The notes below the pieces were generated by a model. That model ran no database searches. It worked only from the letters and a program-made list of their open reading frames with translations, and was not told the origin of the DNA. Positions 56,283 to 64,000 of a DNA stretch of 64,000 nucleotides are shown here, one piece after another; position 1 is the stretch's first letter, and each line of letters starts with the position of its first letter. The translations under genes and the position numbers were made by a program. Source of the DNA: Escherichia coli (lineage in GTDB: Bacteria; Pseudomonadota; Gammaproteobacteria; Enterobacterales; Enterobacteriaceae); assembly GCF_030013205.1 (NCBI RefSeq), contig NZ_CP122648.1; one strand, written 5' to 3'.

Positions 56283-58136
56283 ATGAGACGATTTCTGACG
56301 ACGCTGATGATACTCCTGGTCGTGCTGGTGGCCGGGTTATCTGCGTTAGTGTTGCTGGTGAATCCGAATGATTTCCGCGACTATATGGTCAAGCAAGTTG
56401 CTGCACGTAGCGGTTATCAATTGCAGCTCGACGGGCCACTGCGTTGGCACGTCTGGCCGCAGCTTAGTATCCTCTCCGGGCGAATGTCTCTCACCGCCCA
56501 GGGCGCGAGCCAGCCACTGGTTCGCGCCGACAACATGCGTCTGGACGTGGCGCTTTTACCACTACTGAGTCATCAACTGAGCGTTAAGCAGGTGATGCTA
56601 AAAGGGGCAGTGATCCAACTGACGCCGCAGACGGAAGCGGTGCGCAGTGAAGACGCTCCGGTTGCACCGCGCGACAATACCTTGCCGGATCTGTCAGACG
56701 ATCGCGGATGGTCGTTTGATATATCCAGTCTTAAGGTGGCGGACAGCGTGCTGGTGTTCCAGCATGAAGATGACGAGCAGGTGACAATCCGCAATATCCG
56801 TCTGCAAATGGAACAAGATCCCCAACATCGTGGCTCATTTGAGTTCTCCGGGCGGGTTAATCGCGATCAGCGCGATCTCACGATATCCCTTAACGGTACG
56901 GTAGATGCTTCTGATTATCCGCATGATTTAACGGCGGCTATTGAACAAATTAACTGGCAGTTGCAGGGTGCAGATTTACCAAAACAAGGTATTCAGGGGC
57001 AGGGGAGTTTCCAGGCCCAGTGGCAGGAGTCACATAAACGCCTTTCATTTAACCAAATCAGCTTGACCGCCAATGACAGTACGCTGAGCGGGCAAGCACA
57101 GGTCACACTGACAGAGAAACCGGAATGGCAGCTGAGGCTGCAATTCCCGCAACTGAATCTTGACAACCTCATCCCCCTTAATGAAACAGCGAACGGTGAG
57201 AACGGTGCCGCGCAGCAAGGGCAGAGCCAATCAACGTTGCCGCGCCCGGTCATTTCTTCGCGTATTGATGAACCGGCCTATCAGGGACTGCAAGGCTTTA
57301 CGGCTGATATTTTGTTGCAGGCCAGTAACGTGCGCTGGCGCGGAATGAATTTTACAGATGTTGCCACGCAAATGACCAACAAGTCGGGTTTACTGGAAAT
57401 TACTCAACTGCAGGGCAAACTTAACGGTGGACAGGTTTCGCTGCCGGGCACGCTGGACGCGACATCAATAAATCCGCGGATAAACTTCCAGCCACGGCTG
57501 GAAAACGTTGAGATTGGTACCATTCTGAAGGCGTTTAACTATCCGATTTCGTTGACCGGAAAAATGTCACTGGCTGGTGATTTCTCCGGTGCTGACATAG
57601 ATGCCGACGCATTCCGCCACAACTGGCAAGGACAGGCACATGTCGAAATGACCGACACGCGCATGGAAGGGATGAACTTCCAGCAGATGATTCAGCAAGC
57701 GGTAGAACGTAATGGTGGTGATGTGAAGGCCGCTGAAAACTTCGATAACGTAACGCGTCTTGACCGCTTTACCACCGATTTGACGTTGAAGGATGGCGTC
57801 GTGACGTTAAACGACATGCAAGGTCAATCGCCTGTGCTGGCGCTTACAGGGGAAGGTATGTTGAATCTGGCAGATCAAACCTGCGACACCCAGTTTGATA
57901 TTCGGGTCGTGGGTGGCTGGAACGGGGAAAGCAAACTGATTGATTTCCTCAAAGAAACGCCAGTACCGCTGCGGGTTTATGGCAACTGGCAGCAACTCAA
58001 TTACAGTCTGCAAGTGGATCAGTTACTGCGCAAACATCTACAGGACGAAGCGAAACGTCGCCTGAATGACTGGGCCGAGCGGAATAAAGATTCCCGCAAT
58101 GGCAAAGATGTGAAGAAGTTGCTGGAGAAGATGTAG
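56283..58136 (+). CDS. asmA: AsmA-family outer-membrane biogenesis / lipid-transport protein
   Basis: 617-aa ORF with an N-terminal anchor (MRRFLTTLMILLVVLVAGLSALVLLV). Confidence 0.95.
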   Translation: MRRFLTTLMILLVVLVAGLSALVLLVNPNDFRDYMVKQVAARSGYQLQLDGPLRWHVWPQLSILSGRMSLTAQGASQPLVRADNMRLDVALLPLLSHQLSVKQVMLKGAVIQLTPQTEAVRSEDAPVAPRDNTLPDLSDDRGWSFDISSLKVADSVLVFQHEDDEQVTIRNIRLQMEQDPQHRGSFEFSGRVNRDQRDLTISLNGTVDASDYPHDLTAAIEQINWQLQGADLPKQGIQGQGSFQAQWQESHKRLSFNQISLTANDSTLSGQAQVTLTEKPEWQLRLQFPQLNLDNLIPLNETANGENGAAQQGQSQSTLPRPVISSRIDEPAYQGLQGFTADILLQASNVRWRGMNFTDVATQMTNKSGLLEITQLQGKLNGGQVSLPGTLDATSINPRINFQPRLENVEIGTILKAFNYPISLTGKMSLAGDFSGADIDADAFRHNWQGQAHVEMTDTRMEGMNFQQMIQQAVERNGGDVKAAENFDNVTRLDRFTTDLTLKDGVVTLNDMQGQSPVLALTGEGMLNLADQTCDTQFDIRVVGGWNGESKLIDFLKETPVPLRVYGNWQQLNYSLQVDQLLRKHLQDEAKRRLNDWAERNKDSRNGKDVKKLLEKM

Positions 58137-58156
58137 GTTACCAGGTGACCTGTCCT

Positions 58157-58193
58157 GTAGGCCTGATAAGACGCGTAAAGCGTCGCATCAGGC
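58157..58193. repeat. REP-like palindrome after asmA
   Basis: GTAGGCCTGATAAGACGCGTAAAGCGTCGCATCAGGC. Confidence 0.55.
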
Positions 58194-58428
58194 GTTCGTG
58201 GCGGCACCATTATATTCTGAATATGTAAGATCGAAGGCTGTTCCGTTCACTTGATGTTCCTCGCTACTATGGAACGCTCAAGCCGGTGAACGTGCCAGGG
58301 TGGCTCAATCTCCACCACCCTGGCAACCCGGACCCACACCCCCGCTGTGATGTCCATGTACCACAGACAACGCTTCATTGCTGAAGTTATAAGGCGTTAC
58401 GCAGCATTGGGTAAAATGGCCGATACCA

Positions 58429-60012
58429 TCACACCTCGTACTCCATCTCGCCATCCTTACGCAGCGGTATAATCTGCACCTTCTGCACGCGATGGCTTTC
58501 CACCTGCAACGTTTTAAGCAAATAATCCCCCACCTGAACTTCTTCGCCAGGTTTTGGAATACGCTGCAAATATTCCATCAGCAGCCCGGCAATGGTGTGA
58601 TATTCGCGTTTCTCATCCAGCGGTAGCGGCACATATTGCACCAGATCTTCCAGTGGCATATGACCATTCGCCGTCCAGGAACCGTCGGCGTTTTTCTGAA
58701 TATCATGGCGGGCGTCGATCTCTTCCACTTCGTTCGGCAAGTTACCGGCAATAGTTTCCGTGACGTCACTTAATGTCACAATCCCTTCCACCGAGCCAAA
58801 CTCATCCACTACAAAAGCAAAGTGCGTGCGGGCATTACGGAACTGCTCCAGGGCAGGTAACAACGGCAAGGTTTCCGGGAACACCAGCGGCTGGCGAATC
58901 AACACCCGCAGGTTGAGCGGTTCGCCGCGCAGAGACTGTTGTAGCAGGTCGATAACGTGAACAACACCGAGCAAATCTTCTGCGTCATCACCGTCGGTAA
59001 CCACCAGCCGCGTATGCTGATTTCGCTCCAGCAACTGGCGGATTTCTTCTTCCGGCGCGTTGAGATCGATATGCTCAATATCGTGGCGCGACGTCATAAT
59101 GCTGCTGACGGTACGCTGGTTAAGATTAAGTACCCGCTCAATCATCCGCCGTTCCTGCGGATTAAAGATTTGCTGGTTACCATGATCCACCAGCATGGAC
59201 GCGGTTTCGGCGTCCAGTTCCGCATCTTCTTTTTGCCCGCTAAGCAGGCGCATTACCGCTTCGGTAGTCCGCTGGCGCAGCGTCTGGTTAGCGGAAAGAA
59301 AACGTCGCCGGTTAAAGATAGCCAACTGATTGAGCGCCTCGATCATCACCGAGAAACCAATAGCAGCGTACAGGTAGCCTTTCGGAATGACGAAGCCGAA
59401 ACCTTCTGCCACCAGGCTAAAGCCAATCATCAACAGGAAGCTTAAGCAGAGAATAACGATCGTCGGGTGACTGTTAACAAATTGCGTTAACGGCTTGCTG
59501 GCCATCAACATCAGGCTAATAGCGATAACGACGGCGGCCATCATGACCAGTAAATGGTCGACCATCCCGACGGCGGTAATCACCGAGTCGAGTGAGAAGA
59601 TGGCGTCCAGTACCACAATTTGTGTCACCACCCCCCAGAACTTCGCACCTTTGCGTTGCGTGGGGTTATTGCTGTCTTTCCCTTCCAGCCGTTCGTTCAG
59701 CTCCATCGTGGCTTTGAACAGCAGGAAGAAACCACCAAACAGCATGATTAAGTCGCGGGCGCTAAAGGTAAACGAGCGGAAGCTGAATAGCGGTTGTGTC
59801 AGGGTGACCAGCCAGGAGATTGACGCCAGCAGTAACAGGCGCATTAACATCGCCAGCAGCAGCCCGGTAACCCGTGCGCGGTCGCGCTGCTTCGGCGGTA
59901 GTTTTTCGGCGAGGATGGCAATAAAGACCAGGTTATCAATGCCGAGGACCAGTTCGATCACAATCAGCGTGATTAACCCGGCCCAGATAGACGGATCGGC
60001 AATCCATTCCAT
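58429..60012 (-). CDS. yegH: TerC-family membrane protein with CBS pair and CorC/HlyC C-terminal domain
   Basis: 527 aa from ATG 60012 ([33 protein letters not shown]...). The track ORF has a 22-aa extension. Confidence 0.9.
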   Translation of the reverse strand: MEWIADPSIWAGLITLIVIELVLGIDNLVFIAILAEKLPPKQRDRARVTGLLLAMLMRLLLLASISWLVTLTQPLFSFRSFTFSARDLIMLFGGFFLLFKATMELNERLEGKDSNNPTQRKGAKFWGVVTQIVVLDAIFSLDSVITAVGMVDHLLVMMAAVVIAISLMLMASKPLTQFVNSHPTIVILCLSFLLMIGFSLVAEGFGFVIPKGYLYAAIGFSVMIEALNQLAIFNRRRFLSANQTLRQRTTEAVMRLLSGQKEDAELDAETASMLVDHGNQQIFNPQERRMIERVLNLNQRTVSSIMTSRHDIEHIDLNAPEEEIRQLLERNQHTRLVVTDGDDAEDLLGVVHVIDLLQQSLRGEPLNLRVLIRQPLVFPETLPLLPALEQFRNARTHFAFVVDEFGSVEGIVTLSDVTETIAGNLPNEVEEIDARHDIQKNADGSWTANGHMPLEDLVQYVPLPLDEKREYHTIAGLLMEYLQRIPKPGEEVQVGDYLLKTLQVESHRVQKVQIIPLRKDGEMEYEV

Positions 60013-60173
60013 AGTAAGTACAAAACCTATTCGTTGTATGACAAATGTCACAATTCGATCATGGATAAATCGGGGCAAAAATGCAATGTTGCAGCACTAT
60101 TTATCTCATATTATTTGAGGTTTATAACCTCACATTATCCCTTAATTAAAAGTGGTAATAATAAAACATTATT

Positions 60174-60187
60174 TAAGAAATATCGCA
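60174..60187 (+). promoter_or_regulatory. Possible RcsAB box upstream of the colanic-acid operon
   Basis: TAAGAAATATCGCA resembles the RcsAB-box consensus TaAGaatatTCctA, from memory. The position upstream of wza is appropriate. Confidence 0.3.
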
Positions 60188-60453
60188 TGTGGAGACACTA
60201 TATTAAATATTGTCAATCTAAAGAAACTCCTAAAAACCATATTGAATGACACTTAATATAATTCTTAAAAATAGCCAATTGCCGAATTGTTACCTTGCCT
60301 GCTATTCCGTTAGCTGTAACACTTCCTCCTGCATTATTGGAGAGCCAATATTCAATTACCATAATGTCACCTTATATTCGGAAGTTAATTTTCGCAATAA
60401 CCCTTTCTCATCAACGACTGTATGTTGAGAGGGTTTTAAAAATTAAGCTAAAT

Positions 60454-60492
60454 CAGTGTATTGGTAGCTAAAAAGCCAGGGGCGGTAGCGTG
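60454..60492 (+). promoter_or_regulatory. JUMPStart element containing the ops (RfaH recruitment) site
   Basis: CAGTGTATTGGTAGCTAAAAAGCCAGGGGCGGTAGCGTG. The ops core GGCGGTAGCGTG is at 60481-60492, in the wza leader. Confidence 0.8.
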
Positions 60493-60670
60493 TCTGGATG
60501 CCTGAAAGACCAGTCTGAATTATTCTGTCAATAGCCTGCGGATGAAATCAATTTTTTTAGGACTGATGCCAGTTAAATTTTTATTCAATTAACTGCAAGG
60601 TAAATGTGCATGGCGACATTGCTATTAATAGTGCACAGGATAATTACTCTGCCAAAGTGATAAATAAACA

Positions 60671-61810
60671 ATGATGAAATCCAAAATGAAATTGATGCCA
60701 TTATTGGTGTCAGTAACCTTGATAAGCGGTTGCACAGTACTTCCGGGCAGCAATATGTCGACGATGGGCAAAGACGTCATCAAACAGCAGGACGCTGATT
60801 TCGATCTCGACAAAATGGTGAATGTTTATCCGTTGACCCCGCGCCTGATTGACCAATTACGTCCACGACCCAACGTAGCGCGCCCCAATATGACGCTGGA
60901 AAGTGAGATCGCGAATTACCAGTATCGCGTCGGGCCGGGGGACGTTCTTAATGTCACCGTCTGGGATCACCCGGAACTCACCACGCCAGCCGGTCAGTAC
61001 CGTAGCTCCAGCGACACCGGCAACTGGGTACAGCCTGACGGCACCATGTTCTACCCGTATATCGGCAAAGTTCACGTGGTGGGGAAAACGCTCGCTGAAA
61101 TCCGCAGTGATATTACCGGGCGCTTAGCGACGTACATCGCTGACCCGCAGGTGGACGTTAATATCGCCGCCTTCCGCTCGCAAAAAGCGTATATCTCAGG
61201 TCAGGTGAATAAATCCGGTCAACAGGCCATCACCAACGTACCACTGACCATTCTCGATGCCATCAACGCCGCAGGTGGCCTGACCGACACCGCTGACTGG
61301 CGCAACGTGGTGCTAACACACAATGGTCGTGAAGAACGCATTTCTTTGCAGGCGCTGATGCAAAACGGCGACCTCAATCAGAACCGACTGCTTTATCCCG
61401 GCGATATTCTCTACGTGCCGCGTAATGATGATCTGAAAGTATTTGTGATGGGTGAAGTGAAAAAACAGAGCACCCTGAAAATGGACTTTAGCGGCATGAC
61501 CCTGACTGAAGCCCTGGGCAATGCTGAAGGCATCGACATGACCACCTCCAACGCCAGCGGCATCTTTGTCATTCGTCCGCTGAAAGGCGAGGGCGGGCGT
61601 AACGGCAAGATTGCCAATATCTATCAGCTGGATATGTCCGATGCCACGTCGCTGGTGATGGCGACAGAATTCCGCCTGCAACCTTATGACGTGGTGTATG
61701 TCACCACCGCACCGGTTTCCCGCTGGAACCGTCTGATCAATCAGTTGCTGCCAACTATTAGCGGTGTCCGTTACATGACGGATACAGCCAGCGACATTCA
61801 TAACTGGTAA
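60671..61810 (+). CDS. wza: Outer-membrane polysaccharide export lipoprotein
   Basis: 379-aa ORF with a lipobox (LISGC). Confidence 0.95.
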   Translation: MMKSKMKLMPLLVSVTLISGCTVLPGSNMSTMGKDVIKQQDADFDLDKMVNVYPLTPRLIDQLRPRPNVARPNMTLESEIANYQYRVGPGDVLNVTVWDHPELTTPAGQYRSSSDTGNWVQPDGTMFYPYIGKVHVVGKTLAEIRSDITGRLATYIADPQVDVNIAAFRSQKAYISGQVNKSGQQAITNVPLTILDAINAAGGLTDTADWRNVVLTHNGREERISLQALMQNGDLNQNRLLYPGDILYVPRNDDLKVFVMGEVKKQSTLKMDFSGMTLTEALGNAEGIDMTTSNASGIFVIRPLKGEGGRNGKIANIYQLDMSDATSLVMATEFRLQPYDVVYVTTAPVSRWNRLINQLLPTISGVRYMTDTASDIHNW

Positions 61811-61815
61811 TCGTC

Positions 61816-62259
61816 ATGTTTAACAACATCTTAGTTGTCTGCGTCGGCAATATTTGCCGTTCCCCGACGGCGGAACGCTTACTGCAACGTTATCACCCGG
61901 AGCTAAAAGTGGAGTCCGCTGGACTCGGCGCGCTGGTCGGTAAGGGCGCTGACCCTACCGCTATCAGCATCGCCGCAGAACATCAACTGTCTCTGGAAGG
62001 TCACTGTGCCCGTCAAATCAGCCGCAGCCTGTGTCGCAACTACGACCTGATTTTGACCATGGAAAAGCGCCATATCGAACGCTTATGCGAGATGGCACCT
62101 GAGATGCGCGGCAAAGTGATGCTGTTTGGTCACTGGGATAACGAATGTGAAATCCCCGATCCATATCGCAAAAGCCGGGAAACGTTTGCAGCGGTGTACA
62201 CATTACTTGAACGGTCTGCCCGCCAGTGGGCGCAGGCATTGAACGCAGAGCAGGTATAA
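61816..62259 (+). CDS. wzb: Low-molecular-weight protein-tyrosine phosphatase
   Basis: 147 aa with the active-site CVGNICRS. Confidence 0.95.
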   Translation: MFNNILVVCVGNICRSPTAERLLQRYHPELKVESAGLGALVGKGADPTAISIAAEHQLSLEGHCARQISRSLCRNYDLILTMEKRHIERLCEMAPEMRGKVMLFGHWDNECEIPDPYRKSRETFAAVYTLLERSARQWAQALNAEQV

Positions 62260-62261
62260 GA

Positions 62262-64000
62262 ATGACAGAAAAAGTAAAACAACATGCCGCTCCGGTAACG
62301 GGCAGTGATGAAATCGATATTGGTCGCCTGGTCGGCACCGTCATTGAAGCGCGCTGGTGGGTGATTGGCATCACCGCCGTATTTGCCCTCTGTGCCGTGG
62401 TTTACACCTTCTTCGCCACGCCGATTTATAGTGCCGACGCACTGGTACAAATCGAGCAAAACAGCGGCAATTCGTTAGTGCAGGACATTGGTTCGGCATT
62501 AGCCAACAAACCGCCAGCATCGGACGCCGAGATCCAGTTGATTCGTTCGCGTCTGGTGCTTGGTAAAACGGTGGACGATCTCGACCTCGATATTGCGGTG
62601 AGCAAAAACACGTTCCCGATTTTCGGTGCGGGCTGGGATCGCCTGATGGGACGCCAGAACGAGACGGTAAAAGTGACCACCTTTAACCGCCCGAAAGAGA
62701 TGGCGGAACAGGTGTTTACGCTTAATGTGCTGGACGATAAAAACTACACTCTGAGCAGCGATGGCGGCTTTAGCGCCCGTGGGCAAGCGGGCCAGATGCT
62801 GAAAAAAGAAGGCGTCACGCTGATGGTTGAAGCCATTCACGCCCGCCCGGGTAGTGAGTTTACCGTCACCAAATACTCCACGCTGGGGATGATCAATCAA
62901 CTACAAAACAGCCTGACGGTAACGGAGAACGGCAAAGACGCAGGCGTACTGAGCCTGACTTATACCGGTGAAGATCGCGAACAGATCCGCGACATTCTTA
63001 ACAGCATCGCTCGTAACTATCAGGAACAAAATATTGAGCGCAAATCGGCGGAAGCGTCGAAAAGCCTCGCTTTCCTCGCGCAACAGTTACCGGAAGTACG
63101 TAGCCGCCTTGATGTTGCCGAAAACAAACTGAATGCCTTCCGTCAGGATAAAGATTCTGTTGATCTGCCGCTGGAAGCGAAAGCGGTGCTCGATTCGATG
63201 GTGAACATCGACGCGCAGTTGAACGAACTGACCTTTAAAGAAGCGGAAATCTCCAAGCTATACACCAAAGTTCACCCGGCGTATCGCACGCTGCTGGAGA
63301 AACGGCAGGCGCTGGAAGAAGAGAAAGCCAAACTTAACGGTCGCGTAACGGCGATGCCGAGAACTCAGCAGGAAATTGTCCGTCTGACCCGCGATGTCGA
63401 GTCTGGGCAGCAGGTCTATATGCAGCTGCTGAATAAAGAGCAGGAGCTGAAAATCACCGAAGCCAGCACCGTCGGCGATGTGCGCATTGTTGACCCGGCA
63501 ATCACCCAGCCAGGTGTGCTGAAACCGAAGAAAGGGCTGATTATCCTCGGTGCGATTATCCTTGGCCTGATGCTCTCTATCGTGGGTGTACTGCTGCGCT
63601 CGTTGTTTAATCGCGGCATCGAAAGCCCGCAAGTGCTGGAAGAACACGGTATCAGCGTATATGCCAGCATCCCGCTGTCGGAGTGGCAAAAAGCGCGCGA
63701 TAGCGTCAAAACCATCAAAGGGGTTAAACGCTATAAACAGAGCCAGCTACTGGCGGTGGGGAATCCAACCGATCTGGCGATTGAAGCCATCCGCAGTCTG
63801 CGTACCAGTCTGCACTTCGCGATGATGCAGGCGCAGAACAATGTGTTGATGATGACCGGGGTTAGCCCGTCAATCGGTAAAACCTTTGTCTGCGCCAACC
63901 TGGCGGCGGTGATCAGCCAGACCAATAAACGGGTGTTGTTGATCGACTGCGATATGCGCAAAGGCTACACCCACGAGCTGTTGGGCACTAATAACGTTAA
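62262..64000 (+). CDS. wzc: Tyrosine autokinase / polysaccharide co-polymerase (partial, runs off window end)
   Basis: Not in the ORF track because the frame is still open at the window end. Hand translation from ATG 62262 gives MTEKVKQHAAPVTGSDEIDIGRLVGTVIEARWWVIG.... The Walker A motif GVSPSIGKT lies near 63860. Confidence 0.9.
   Translation, partial: MTEKVKQHAAPVTGSDEIDIGRLVGTVIEARWWVIGITAVFALCAVVYTFFATPIYSADALVQIEQNSGNSLVQDIGSALANKPPASDAEIQLIRSRLVLGKTVDDLDLDIAVSKNTFPIFGAGWDRLMGRQNETVKVTTFNRPKEMAEQVFTLNVLDDKNYTLSSDGGFSARGQAGQMLKKEGVTLMVEAIHARPGSEFTVTKYSTLGMINQLQNSLTVTENGKDAGVLSLTYTGEDREQIRDILNSIARNYQEQNIERKSAEASKSLAFLAQQLPEVRSRLDVAENKLNAFRQDKDSVDLPLEAKAVLDSMVNIDAQLNELTFKEAEISKLYTKVHPAYRTLLEKRQALEEEKAKLNGRVTAMPRTQQEIVRLTRDVESGQQVYMQLLNKEQELKITEASTVGDVRIVDPAITQPGVLKPKKGLIILGAIILGLMLSIVGVLLRSLFNRGIESPQVLEEHGISVYASIPLSEWQKARDSVKTIKGVKRYKQSQLLAVGNPTDLAIEAIRSLRTSLHFAMMQAQNNVLMMTGVSPSIGKTFVCANLAAVISQTNKRVLLIDCDMRKGYTHELLGTNNV

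Noticed and set aside
59495-60118. 207-aa plus-strand ORF
   Set aside because: It is antisense to yegH (TerC/CBS/CorC protein). It has no motifs or RBS and is a shadow ORF.
61313-61801. 162-aa minus-strand ORF inside wza
   Set aside because: It is antisense to the well-conserved Wza lipoprotein gene, and there is no supporting signal.

Overview
This is an Escherichia coli-type chromosomal segment. It is collinear, in reverse orientation, with the K-12 yehD-to-wzc region as I recall it. In order it carries: the yehDCBA chaperone-usher fimbrial operon, rcnB-rcnA/rcnR, thiMD, yegX-yegW-yegV-yegU-yegT, fbaB, gatYZABCD-gatR, yegS, yegR, the CyaR sRNA, yegQ(trhP), yegP, mdtABCD-baeSR, a tandem ibs/sib type I toxin-antitoxin array, yegL-yegK-yegI, yegD, alkA, yegE(dgcE), udk, dcd, asmA, yegH, and the start of the colanic-acid cluster (JUMPStart/ops, wza, wzb, partial wzc). 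I saw no tRNA, rRNA, CRISPR array or IS element.

The one clearly accessory segment is a visibly AT-rich island of about 8.8 kb (roughly 6361-15327) between rcnR and thiM. It is bounded by a perfect 77-bp direct repeat that is the aptamer of the thiM TPP riboswitch, so the element appears to use a riboswitch as its attachment site.

Island cargo, left to right:
- a tyrosine integrase
- a 523-aa DUF262/ParB-like + HNH nuclease protein, my best candidate for an unassigned single-gene anti-phage system
- a divergent XRE regulator / exported small-protein module
- a serine resolvase with res-like subsites
- about 1.9 kb of non-coding DNA packed with iterons, an AT-rich unwinding-type stretch and structured elements
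- a small RHH + winged-HTH Rep-like module

Other points worth a second look: an apparently in-frame-deleted gatC, three ibs/sib copies where I recall two in K-12, an apparently unoccupied P2-type attB at the cyaR 3' end, and the tightly coupled vWA-PP2C-kinase (TerY-P-type) triad yegLKI.

All identifications rest on reading the ORF translations and the DNA. No database search was possible.
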